NCBI GenBank assembly: GCA_002633005.1
Contig: NMRA01000716.1
Span: 110,596-174,595, forward strand
Direction of reading: 5' to 3'
Source of the DNA: Phoronis australis
Taxonomy: Eukaryota; Animalia; Phoronida
Length of the DNA: 64,000 nt
Shown: positions 25,795 through 38,900 of the stretch, piece by piece
Layout: every line of letters begins with the position of its first letter
Position numbering within the stretch: the stretch's first letter is position 1
Position numbers and translations under genes: made by a program
Notes under the pieces: generated by a model
Databases searched by the model: none
The model's input: the letters and a program-made list of their open reading frames with translations, nothing else
What the model was told of the DNA's origin: nothing

Positions 25795-28169
25795 GTAGGG
25801 CATTGCGCATGAGGAACCTATCAAGTGACATAATAGCAAGTTCTCGACTATTTGCTCACTAATCGTGCACGTATTTGCACTGGTTGCTTTACATAACCAA
25901 TTACTGTATGTCAAGAATAAGTCTTTCCTTGTTATAAGTCACCTTCCATATAGGCTCTATATGATATAGCTATAACTCGAAACCGTGAGCTTTTGCAGAT
26001 CTGTCAAAGATACTTTATTCAATCATGCTTAATCAGGTCACAAAGTCAGAGGTTACTCAAAATAGCATCTGTGTGTTTACACTGGGTACTATGGAGAACC
26101 GCTTATCTCAACAGAATGATGCTTTACTCCACGACTAGCGTTGCCTCGGAAGTTGTTTGTGGCATTGGAATACTGTTTTGAAAACGATTGTTAAAAACGC
26201 AGAATCACACAAACCATGCTGCAATACAGCCTGTGGCTATGAGCCAAAAGTTAAAGTAGAAAAAATTGATCCAAACCGCGTATCTTACTCGACTGAATGG
26301 CTTAATAAAAGACTGCCATACAGAAAACTGCCAGCTGAGTTAAAAGAAAAAATACACTCCCCTGGGTTTATCAACGGAAAATCCCGGTAATAAAGAGTTC
26401 TTCAAAACTGAAACCATCATTAGTGAAAGAAAAAATAAATGTTTTGCTCTACTTCAGCGTGACGTTTCACTTCCGTCCGAAGACTGCCCTCGTAGCTAAA
26501 TTTCATTGGTGAAAGCCACTGTCAAATTTTCACCACAGCAATTGACAATTATTCAAATAAATGATCATATAATTTAAACGCAGTTCCGAAAACAACTCCA
26601 TCAAGAAAACACCAAACACGCTTTCTTTAAAATTTTGATTATCCTTCAGTGCTATCTTGCTGTTTCTGTCACTCATCACTTTCACTTTCGTATAGTGCTT
26701 CCTGGAATTATTAGTCATCACTATTAGTCATGAAACTTGGTGTATCTCTTCCATAGTTTTAACAACTACACTGTCACTTTTTGCCCGAGCATGTGTGGGC
26801 GCAGGTTGTCACTGACCGGGTGATAATAGCTTGTCGCGGGACTCTTGATAAATTACTTTTAGGGCGGCCAACAGAAAATTACGTTTTCGCTTGTTGGAAG
26901 ATCAAAACAAATGTCGTTGCAAATATACCAGTACAATTTTGTTTTGATTGCACTTTAGCAGTTTGTTACAAAAGCCTATTCACGTTTGTAATTAATCATA
27001 TGCAATCCTACCAAAACATGTACTTTTAGGTTTGCCCATTGCTCACTTATTATGACATGAATGTGAAATTTTGTTGTTGCGCTTTCATCAAACGCCAGAA
27101 AAACAAAAACTGAACAAAAATCAACATTTTTCAAACTAAATAATCTGTCACATGAAACAAGAAACCATATTCAGACGCTTTATAACTTAGTCAATGACGC
27201 AAAACTACAACCGATTTACATCAAATCGAAACCTTACAATTTCCCTTTGTCGGGTAATGTCGTGCTATAACTCGATCTCAACTGTAACAATGCTGCCGCC
27301 CAAACTACTTTTATTCATTGTTCTGGAGCTTTAGCCACCCCCTCCGCACTTTTTTCATGGTACCTCACGAGTTTTTTGCGACAGTTTTCGCGAGGTTGCG
27401 TTAGCAATAGGCCGTAGTCGATTCGACTCCAGAAACCTTAGAAAATCACTTCCGTGGCTACTTTTTGGGAGCAAGATAATTTTGGTGTTTGTAAGGTCAT
27501 TAAGTACTATAATTAAAGAATTTAAAAAGTTCCCAAGGTTTGACTTGCACGTTTTCGAGAAATTTGACCTCAAAAATCTGACTTTTTGCAAAATTTGACA
27601 CAGAAAACCAATCTTCAAAAACCAACAATACTAGACAAAAACTGAATGATAATTTGATTGGGTTTTATTCATTTGAAGTTACCGGACAGGAAAAGTGATA
27701 AATATTATGACATTAGGTGAAAAATTGTTCAAAAAGAGAAAAAGAAAAAATTAGTAGCGCCTCCTGTTGGCCAGAAAACATACTACTAGATTCTGAACTC
27801 CTACCAAAAGAACAATACTGTTAACCATTTGGAACTTGATAAAGATTTGATATCACAACCTACATATATACAACATACATGTACAATTCCAACGCTTCTG
27901 CAAGGAATTCACTGTCGTTACTTTTATTAATTGTCACAATTAGTTATCATTATCCACTTTGCAGTTCATTGTCAACTGTCACAGGAAATGATACCCCTAC
28001 AGCCCCGACAGTCACCAGCATGATAAAATGTTGTCGATATTTTCCATTAGGTTAAAAATTCAAAGTTCTTTAACCACATAGCATACACTTATTTTTTTCG
28101 TCATCCACTCCATCATCCTTTATATCATCTTTATTGTCATCAAAAGTTGTTTTTTGACTGAGACACCGT

Positions 28170-28400
28170 GTTCACACAGTCTATACAGTCACAAAACTTA
28201 GAACATGGCATGCCCGACTTCAAACAAGAGTACATTTTTACTACAACCACTTCTTTTACACTTTTCTGGGGCTAAAGGCAGAGCCATCCAGTGGAGCTTC
28301 AGACTACCCCGCTCCAAAAGCCACCCATTACCAACTGGAGATGGTGCACTGACATGCTGCTGCAAGGCTCGTTTGTGAATGGCACCCTGGCTGGTAGCTT
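28170..28400 (-). mobile_element. Academ-like transposase C-terminal fossil (Cys-rich tail)
   Basis: APSPVGNGWLLERGSLKLHWMALPLAPE...CKRSGCSK followed by frameshifted Cys-rich CSCLKSGMPCSKFCDC. Confidence 0.55.
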
Positions 28401-28591
28401 GCTCTTTTGGCAAGTAACAGCAAAAAATCATGATTAGGATGCAGAGATGATTCCATCATAGATTTCAACTTGAATATGTGGTAGCGTGCTTTGATGAGTC
28501 GCATACAAACGGTTCAGTGTCTTCCATGAGTTGACCAGGAAACAAAAATTTTGAGCCCAACATTAATGACAAAAATAAAGCAATTACGAGC

Positions 28592-29361
28592 CGGGTAATT
28601 ATTTACATTATGACGACATTGACTTACACATGTGATTTCGGTATTGTTCAATTCCTTGCAACGTTATCGTTCTAAAAATACAACGATTTTTTCCTAACCT
28701 GCTCCCTTAGTATTTTATCGTGAAATTTCTGCTCGCACTATTTCCCGGTACTCGGTAGTAACACCGGGCCATGTTGGAATGGAAGGAGTCACCTGGCGGT
28801 CAAAAACTGAACTAATCTACCGACTTCTGGATTGTCGCTTTTCATAGGTTCAAATTGACCGAGACCCGTCTATCCCCTGCCTGAGTTACGGTCCCAAGGG
28901 TTCGAATTCGATCCTATGGTGACCCTGGTACACATCTGCTAGCAAGAATCCACGAAAAAGCAGAGGTTGTTTTTGAGGTCCAACTTGGTGAAAAGGGTTT
29001 CACTTCAAACAATGGTCAAATGGTCACAATTATAAAAAATTTGGAAAAGGTGAAATGCCGCTACATGTTTCTCCATATTATGTCGGGAAAACTTTAGCGG
29101 GAATTTCGCGCGGGCAAACACCATTCAGAATCGAGGATGCTGTTTCATTCATTAACAACAGGTGTCGCTGTAATCTTGAGTTGAGCTAACATGGCGGTGT
29201 CAATCGGGAAATAGTGCGAACCGAAATTCGACGATAAAATACGGAGGTAACGCGGTAGGGGATACATTCATATATTTTTGGAAAGATAACGATGAAAGGA
29301 ATCGAACGATACCAAAATCATATGTGTACGTCAATGTCGTCATATTGTAAATAATTACCCG
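28592..29361. mobile_element. MITE with about 155-bp diverged terminal inverted repeats
   Basis: cgggtaattatttacattatgacgacattgac...tcgcactatttcccg (28592-28747) vs cgggaaatagtgcga...gtcaatgtcgtcatattgtaaataattacccg (29205-29361). Confidence 0.8.
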
Positions 29362-29479
29362 AAGCTTGTCGTATGGCCTGCGGACGCTGAGAAATGTTAG
29401 TCCTTACCATAGATATCTGCATTTTGCCCTGTGTGGCCGAACACCCGACCAAACAACAACCGACCATGATTAGCAGACG

Positions 29480-29720
29480 ACGTAATTGCCGGAAATAAAC
29501 CGTGCTAAATCTTCCAGGTGTCGCTAGTGACGTCACAGCTTCTGCGAAAAATCACGGATTTCTTTGAAAATATGCGGAGTTAGCGGTCAATGTACAATGA
29601 TCTATGATTTGGCGCTCCTCGAAGATGACTTGGATTTACTGGTCGTGCACGTATTGCATATAATCCATGAAAACATCCAACCCAAACATTCGAATAGATT
29701 TTCTGTCTCTGAGAGACGAG
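29480..29720 (+). promoter_or_regulatory. Candidate promoter and non-coding first exon of the central gene
   Basis: ETS-like CCGGAAAT near 29489, CRE palindrome TGACGTCA at 29528-29535, gtaagt donor at 29720, tttcag acceptor at 29880 just upstream of the ATG. Confidence 0.4.
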
Positions 29721-29923
29721 TAAGTCGAGGTTTTATTAATCTCTGTTTTGAGTACACTTTCATCCATTGGTGTTTATCACACAGATTTATTCATGACCAG
29801 TATAACATTATCGAAAGTCATGACAGTAAGCTGTACTAGGTAAACTGTTTAAAGAAAGTCTTGTTTGATTTTGATTTCAGTTAAGTGTGGTCCAATCAGT
29901 TGCTGTTGAGGCAAAATTTCAAA

Positions 29924-32900
29924 ATGAGTGATCCGACTAAAGAGGGTGCTGCTGAAGAATCATACCTACAACGTCGAAGACGTATGGGCCCTGCAGCAAG
30001 CGAACAGGAACCTCTCTTGGTGGGTGAAACGTGTGTGGCATTTGTAATCGTTTGGGTGCTTTGCGCACGTGTGTGTGAGTTAATTCACATCCGCTGCACT
30101 GTGCAAGTGATAATAATGTATGTCTGATATTTTTACGATCGGGAATATCTTAGTGATCATTCTCGCAGAGGATCTAGTTCTAAGAATTACTTGGGGAGGT
30201 ATCCAGAAGCTTTATGTTGCATTTTTGTTAGCTTGTTCATTTGTTGTTTTTCTTGAATTTCAGTTGATGTCTAAGTCCACTATTACGTTACTCCTGTGAT
30301 ACATACAAATTGGACACAAATGATTGCGTGCAAATTGCGGTTTCTTTTTCATCAAGAATTCAGTTTAACGGTGTGATGTTTTGCACTGACCCTTTATGAA
30401 ATGAAGTGTTATAATTATAAGAATGTACACTGTAGTTAGAGTATATATATGCATGTGTTACACAGTCTCCTTGAACACATTGCATTAGGCCTATAAGCAA
30501 ACGATCCCACCCAATGTCAACCTGGCCTGGAACTGAAAATATCCTCTGGCACATTATATCACTTCTTAACCATTAACTCACTCTTGCCAATGTCAACTTT
30601 GACCTATTGTCACCTTTGACCCATTATTTCTATGTATTTTGACCTATCATGTCACTTTGCTTCCTCTTCACAGAATGACATGGTGAATACGTGGGTTCTT
30701 GGCCTATTATGTCACTTTTCACCCACTATGTTAATCCTGACCCATTGTGATACTACTTTGGACGTATTAGGACAGCATCGACATCATGGGTCGGGGGTCT
30801 TGACCCATTGTGTCAGTTTCACCCATCATGTCACTTTTTATTCATTGATGCTTTGTAGACTCACTGTTGGTCAGTATTTTGCATAATATGTCGAAGGTTT
30901 CGAATCTGGATCTGAGTTATTATCTGTCTGTGACCATATTATGCCAATTTTGATCCATTAATTCACTTTTGTTCCATTATGCTAATATTGGAATAATGGA
31001 TGGGGCTGATTGAATATAACTCTGTCCAGACCCACGGCTGACCAGATTTGGTATACTCGATGTCCTTCCTCGGGGCAGACGCATGGGAGTGGTTGTTCTC
31101 GGGTGCCCAGGTATTACGTTCGCCATTGCGAGCACCCGCAAGCAGACAATGTGAATTCGTAGCCTAATTCTAGATTACTCTGCAGGAAAAATAGAAATTA
31201 AACTCACCAACGTTTCGAAGATTATGCATGCTAAGTGTCGTGACATGTGAAAGCCCCGAAAACTTCTGCCGTTTTGTGCTAATGAATCAATAATGTTCTA
31301 TTGAGTCAAAAGTCACAAAATGGGTCAAAGTTGATGTAAGAGGTCGAGGGTGCCGACCTGTTAGGTCAAAATTGACGTCATGGCTCGAAATCGCCGTTAC
31401 AGATAAAAAGTGACATCCACACTTCCGACCCGTGATCACGGATCACAAAATGTATTAATCCAATAGTGGAATAAATGTGGAGAATTAGCCTAATAGGTCA
31501 ATAGCCACGACCCATTACTTGAATTTTTACATGAGTTGTCAAAGATGTCATGATATGTCAAGAATTACCGAACCATAATACCAGTTTGTCAAAATTGGAC
31601 AAAAGTGACAACTTCCATTAAGCCTTTTTCAGAAAATTATGTCAATTTGTGAAGTGATTGCTTTTCTGTTAGCAGCTGTTTCATGGTAAATAACTTAAAT
31701 ATGATTCCTCGAAACTTTCTGCCAATGGCTATTGAGTGTTTGTAAATAACGAGTAATTTTATAAAGCTGCATTTCTCACATCAACCCCGTGCTCAACTTG
31801 CGTTTCTAACTCAGTCAAGGGACGTGGTTGTCTATTTTAACCAGCATGTACAAGTACCAAATGCCGTTTCAGGGACATTGCAGCTAATTTTGGTAACATC
31901 AAAAATGACTGCTAATAACCATTAAGATGGCGATCTCCTCATTGCAAATTGCTTAGCCACTATACTAAATTTCTTGTTTATTCCCCTTCGTTCTCGGTCA
32001 TGAGGGAGGACAACCCTAATGGTGAACTCAGCCTCCGCTCAGCCGTCATGAAAGGGAATCCCAGGTCATTTGTCCGAAAACATTTGACTTTTGCTCATGT
32101 ATTCGTCTTATTTTCAGTTTCCTGGAATGTTTCGTGGGAGTGGAGCACGTAAAGCTATTGGCAATGACGTATCAAGTAAGTAATTGAATGAAGTTATACA
32201 AAACGAAGTTCATAGGTTTCGACCAGTGGAAAGAGATCATGTCTCCGAATATCTCAAAACCACGCATAGTGCACGTGAATGAAAGTGGCACATACACAAA
32301 ACACGTACAAGAAATAGAACACAAGCTTTGCTTTAGGGCTAGTAATCGGCAATCTCAAGACAGCATTCACATAACTGAATAGATTGTAAATGTTTGATTT
32401 TTGTTACACTGTAGTCTCATAAAGAAATCTCTTTGTCCAAACTACGTACAAATTTGCAGTTATTCCATATGACCTAATGGTTGAGAGGTGCTCTTTTGTT
32501 TGTCTTCTTACTTTGTTCGTTGCACTGCCGGATTAAGCAATTATGAGGCCTGTAATTAAGTCGCAGCGTAAGGCCCCCACCAGAAATATTTTTACAACAA
32601 TTTTCTAATACCAAAAGCAAAATAGGTATAATTTTCACTTCTGAGAAGGAAAGCAATGGAGACGGCTTCTACACGATGAGGCAGACAGTGTGTCCACTGG
32701 CCAACGCTAGCCGTTGCGATCGAATTGGACGATTTCAGGATAATTCACACCCCGATAATCAGAGGCTCCGGTGTGCAAGTTATGATATCAATAAATAAGT
32801 AGAGACTCCCTTTTCAAATGCATACATTTTAAGTTTTGCAAATTTTCCGCTCTGTATTTTAACAAAACCCAAATTCAAGAATGGTTAGAATATCAAGCAG

Positions 32901-35900
32901 TGCCTGAAAAAGCACCATTTCAGCGAGAAACTGGTTGCAAAAAAGTCCCTTCTGAACGGCATGTCCGTCTTACACTTCCTATGGTAGTATCCCCCAAGAT
33001 AGAGACATATTTGTGTACAGCCGACACGGTAAAGCGAATTCTGCATGTCTCCTGAGTGCTCGGTACTTAAGTCAAGGTTTTAGATAGAGTGCCAGCACAA
33101 TAGACGACTCCAGCGTGGTCGACGTCCATTGCTACACATATATGTAAATTACTAGTTGAAGATACTCTTTCCTTTACTCACATCAATTTAGAACACAGAT
33201 GAGTTTCGTCAGTCGAAAGTTTGAAAATATTTGGAGTTCGTGTTGAACAAGCGTTATTTTTGTTAATTTTCAGCTGAACTAACTTGTTTCTTACTCCGTT
33301 TTATAGATTTTTTGTCTTTAAGTGGAAAGAGCATCTTTAAATTTATTCATGGACACCATCGGCTTTTCGGTCTATCAATGCAATTTTAGGAATATTTTGG
33401 ACGGTTTGACTTGTTGAACTTATTAGCTTGGAACAGAGCTATAAAGCAACAAAAGCCGCCGTCGTTTTTTGTGACTTTATTAAAAATCGCCAATTCTCGC
33501 CGTTTTCTGCCAGATATTTGCTGAAATCAGTGATTGCGATTACAATGTTCGGCCATCTGTTATGTGTGACTCAGATTCACAAGTAGAGCCCTGAGCTGCG
33601 ACCATGGGGGTTCTGGGTAATCAGTCTCATTTCAGAAATCACTTTTCTCGCCGATAATGTTCTTTGAAGTCAATAAATAATACTGATTAACTTCATAACT
33701 TTTGTAAATACGTTTTCTTAGCCTTTCAACTTCATAAGAACTTGCTGCTAGCCTAAATATTTGAAAATGTTTTGCGCATGTCCATAGCCTTATTGAATTA
33801 GAAATGATTTCATTTGATTTCCAATCGAAACATATTTACATGTAACAATAAAGACCAGTTCCTCATTTTTGATTGAAAGACATTATAGTTAAAATTACAT
33901 CCATTATTTGATATCCAACAGAACAAGACTTTATTTCTAACCTGATGGGTATTCAAGCAAAGCATCGCTGAATCATGATTTCAGGAAACACGGAACGTGG
34001 AGAAACTTGTACGGTCGCTGCAACCACTTCTGAACCTCTTAACGCAACACGAGAGGAGCATTTAGAAAGAGTTACTGATGGCGGTGAAACTGAAAAATCT
34101 GGCGATGAAGACGTTCTTTACGTTAGGGTCCCACGTGAGCAGCAAAGACCACCTAGCCAAGAGAGCGATAGCCTCGTGTCAGTTGGCAGATCGACGAGTG
34201 AATATATGGATAAATCAGGTAGTTCAACATTTTGGAGTGGGGAAAAGAAATACTGCCATTACAATATACTGTCGAGCTACCGGGGATTTGGAGTAGGCCT
34301 ATACCTTCATTGGCATAATCCATTATATACTGGAGCACAGAATGATGAATAAATTATTAAAGTATTAATAAAGGTAGAATGGAAAATTTCAATAGATTGT
34401 TGAGTTCAATAATGTGTAAAAGATTAGACCCGGGCCCTGAAGTTACCTCTACTGGGAGTTGAGTCCTATTTTAGCAAATTCAGAATTGACGTTAATATAT
34501 AGACTTCCACCGTAGAAGCTAAATAGTGAATGGTTACCTATGAATTGTTCCCTAAATAACGACAATGTGCAGATGAGCTCTTGCGGCAGGCCTTTGGGGC
34601 TTGAAGAGCGTGCACAAAGCCGTGACTGTCCTGTTACCATTCGGAATGTGCACATAAATTTGAATTAAAGCAGATGGGGCGTGTACACAAACCTGAACTA
34701 GAACAGGTACAACATGCAGATACAATTGAACAAGAACAAGCAGAGCCTGCCCAAAAGCAAGGAAAGCGTGAGTAAGCTACTTAGCCTGAGAGGTAGACGG
34801 CGTTTCAGCTTCCCATTGAGTTAAAACGACACCTAAGTCGGATGTGGCTTCAAACTATACACAGTCAGTCTAGTCAACCCAACGTGACGAAACATGACAA
34901 AAAAGTTGTCGACACAGATAGCTTCCTGGCCGATTTGAGAAGCTTTCCACATGTTAGAATTGGAACAAATATGGGTGGGCTGCGGACATCGAGTCCCTTG
35001 TCTACAAGCAGGGGCCTTTATAGGTTCAACTATGATCAACTAAAGGCGGCGCTTTTGTTGAGGTATGGACTGGCAGAAGACGGGTTCAGACGAAAGTTTA
35101 AAGAATCCATGTCAGAAAAGGGTGAGAAGGTGTTCCAGTTCGGGGCATGACAGAAGTGGTTCTTTGACCTATGAGCCCAAATGGTGGAAGTTGACGTGAC
35201 GTACATGATGAACTGCTTTGCTGATCCGTGAGCAATATCTGAACGCGTACCATCCGTGTTCTGGAAGATCGGAATCCTAACACTTTTGTCCACATGTCAG
35301 CGCTTTCACGGGTGCTCACTGTAATCTACTAGTACAACGGGCAAGGAGTTTTGGTTCAGGTAATCTAGACACTTGAATTGTCTAATATAATGGAGCGAGT
35401 GACAAAGGCTCCGAAACCATGTGTGACTAGAACTGGGGGTTAAATAGAGTTTTAACTGCGACAACAACGGTCATGAAGCCAAGTACTGTGAAGTAAAAGA
35501 AAACCAGTCTTAAACTTCTCTCGAGAAGTACAGTTGCTTACCTCGCAACAATAATGGGTTAAGAAGTGAGACGCCTACAAGGTAGGACTGTGTGAGGGTA
35601 CGGTACCGACGAGCAGTTGAGTAGAGCAACGTTTCGTTGATGGTCATTTCAGGTAGATTGATGGGACATCAAAACCAGTAGAGACATGGGCCTGTGATAG
35701 GCACAGTTCGCCACCACTGTCTAGAAATAGCTCACACATGTATCAAGTACTATGAGCCTATGTGTGAAAGCCTCATGCGGTGATACTAGCGTGAAAACGA
35801 TTATTCTCAGAAGCTAAGGTCTATAGATTTTTTAATATACATTACCGGATCTGTTTTCTTCGTAGAGACATCAAATAGATTCATATAACGACACCTTCTT

Positions 35901-38900
35901 GTCAGGGCTTAGCGTCCTCTGGATAATATCTTGGCATAGTGTGCTGGCAAAGTTACATCTACCTGTCAAGGGCTTGGCGTCCCCTAGATAGTACTTGGCG
36001 TTCCGTGCTCGCGAAATCGCTTGTGGTCAGCTTTTGCAATTCCACTGCAAGACTATACCGAATCACTTATATGAACTTCGACTCACTAGAGGCACATTAA
36101 CCATAGAATGAATTGTTTGAAGCTCTGGGCCCGGGTAGCCAAGGTGCCAGCTTAAAAAATGAAATCCCAACATCAAGAATGGGACTACGTACACTGTACG
36201 TGACTTGTTATTTTTGACGTAACAAAATGTCAAGAAATCAACAGAATAAACTAATGATACTTCAGAACAAATTATTGTCATCGTTTATCACAAACTTTTC
36301 ACGTTGTTTTTAGCTGTCCAATTCGAGTATGGTAATTATGGTGAGTCTTTCATTTGGCCAACCTCTGAAAATGATGATGAAGTCGGCAGCATCAACAGAG
36401 TAGATCACAAGCTGACGATTACGTATGTATTGAAGTTCTTAAACAGACTAACATGCCTTGTCATGGTTTCTAAGTTCACTTTTACATTTTTGAAAAGCGC
36501 TGCAGTGTTTGCCTGACTCAGGTACGAGTTTGCGTTTTATCTTGAATGATTCGCCTTAGTGTCTTAACTGGGGAAAGCGCGACTTATAGTCACGGTTACC
36601 TGTTGCATACTCAGACAACGGTACCCACATTGTGATGCTTTGTCCATAGTTATAGAGGAAAGGGAAAGGGTCATATTAAAACCAAACTCAGATAATTTGT
36701 AAATAGAACTTTTTTGATATGCATGTTTGTACTATTAATGTTTAGTAATGTGCAGTGTGGAATTCCATGTAAGCTGGCTTGTTGTTATTCTAGGGGCGAT
36801 CCACGAATGAATTCGATTCAGAAAGACCGTAACTTTTGGAGTAATTTATTAAAGGCGATACCTGATGAACTGAAGAGACTACTACGGGTGAAAAACAGAA
36901 TAGTGTGGTATCCGCGTTTATCAATAGATGTCGCTGTTTGTAGACCCGGAAGTCGGCGACCATATTGCATTCTATGACGCTGCATGTGAACGTTATCATC
37001 AGCTTGTATATTTTCACACATAAAACCCACCTAACACAATTGCAAAAACACGTAAAGCAACAGATCGTCTGATGATCCCTCTGTAAGCTTAACGTTACAG
37101 TCTGCGCTCTTCATTTTGGCCCAGTCACAGGAACAAAACTTTCATGTCCAATCTAAGACTGTTTATTGTTTTACAAATGACCGCTTAACAAACACCAAGT
37201 CGTAAGCGACTTTAAGGCGATATTATTTTAATCCGGATCCTGAAACGTGGCAACCGTAATTGATGCAATGTTCAAACGACACCCAGCAGCTTTAACATGA
37301 AGAACCAGTTATGTCATAAAACCGGAGCAAGACAAATGCCTTTTAAATTTGTTGATAAATCTATTTTGGTCAACTTTAGATGGGGACACCAGTTTGTAAT
37401 GTGTGGTTGAAACAATCAACCCAGAGTATTGCGAATGCCTTGCACAACTTACTTATACATTATGGCCTTGGCAAGGGGGTTTGTGTTCACTGCGGCTTCT
37501 TAAAATTTATTCAATGCCACCTGCAATGTTTTTAAACATTTGTCAACTCATTTTTTTCTGGAAATGCATGGCTTATTGTGATTTGATTGATTTGAAGTCT
37601 TATGACGTCAGTACTAGTATAGACAAATCAGGTTTGGGATCAGAACAGCAATCTAGGTATTGCTGAAGTTACAAATCTCTAACGGTATTTCTTAGCACAA
37701 CAATCGACCAGTCTTACGCATGGTAACTTTAAACGTTCGCTTGGGACCCATCATAACAACTTTAAAATGCGGTTTCGTTATGAGCATATGTATTTGATTA
37801 CGATGTAGCTAGGTGAATTCCAGATCTCTTACTAAGCGCATGCAAAAGGGCATGATTTTATTCACTAACATTTGAGAATGACATTCCCGTCACTGCATTT
37901 ATATTTACTTTTTAGTCCCAGACTGAAAATCATTTGGGTGTTGAAGCTTGCGAGAATAAGGACCTTGCTACTGCTCAAGAACATTTTCGCAAAGCTATTC
38001 AGCTAAATCCGAGCTGCATCGATTTTCATGCCAATGAAGCAGGTAGGTTGGAGATGTTGCCGATGGTGTTAACTGGGGTCTGACTCAATTCTTAAACCAG
38101 AAATTTGGTCACAAGCTAGCTTCCACTTCTCAGAGGCTGTTCAAGTGAGATTTAACAATTTTTTAACAGAGATACTCGTGTGGACAGCGTAAGACCAAAT
38201 GTCTGACTTAAAGTTTTATGTTACTTCATGAAACCGACCACTGGACATGTAGCCTGTCTGTAAATAATTATTTAATGGTGCCTGACTACAGGTACAAATC
38301 AAATGGAGCACAATTTGGCCTAAATTGTTTAGCCAAAACGTTACGTCTACAGTTTTGATGACCACTTACGCAAACTACAGTCCGGTACCGGCACTTCCAG
38401 TGAACTCAGAAAGACAGGTCACGACTGAATTCAGCACTGAGATTGGAAATTCTGTATTAACATTCTTTTCAGAAATTTAGGTGGGTTACAGCTGCAATGT
38501 TAACATCGAGTGGAAAATTTAGAGTTAACAGTTCTCACAACATGATTTTGTCATTAATTTTGGAAACGCTCACAAAGTAGTCTGCAATGTGTATTCCCGT
38601 GTACCCAGCATCCCTCTGTCGTTTGTAGTCCGTCCGTCATTACTTCTGTTGGTCTTTGATAAATCTCGAGCACCGCATAAGGTTGGGTTTGAGGAAAGAA
38701 CATCATATTACAGGAATTAGTGATCAGACATTATGAAACTTTCGCATACCATGCTTTGTGTACTGTTCTCCAAAATGTTGTTAGGTATGTTTTCAAAATG
38801 TTCAACTTTTACTTGAGGGGCTATCGACATGGGGTTTTTATGATCTTTTTGAAAACACTTCAGGTTTCATATAATGAAAACAAAAGGATTACTCATAAAA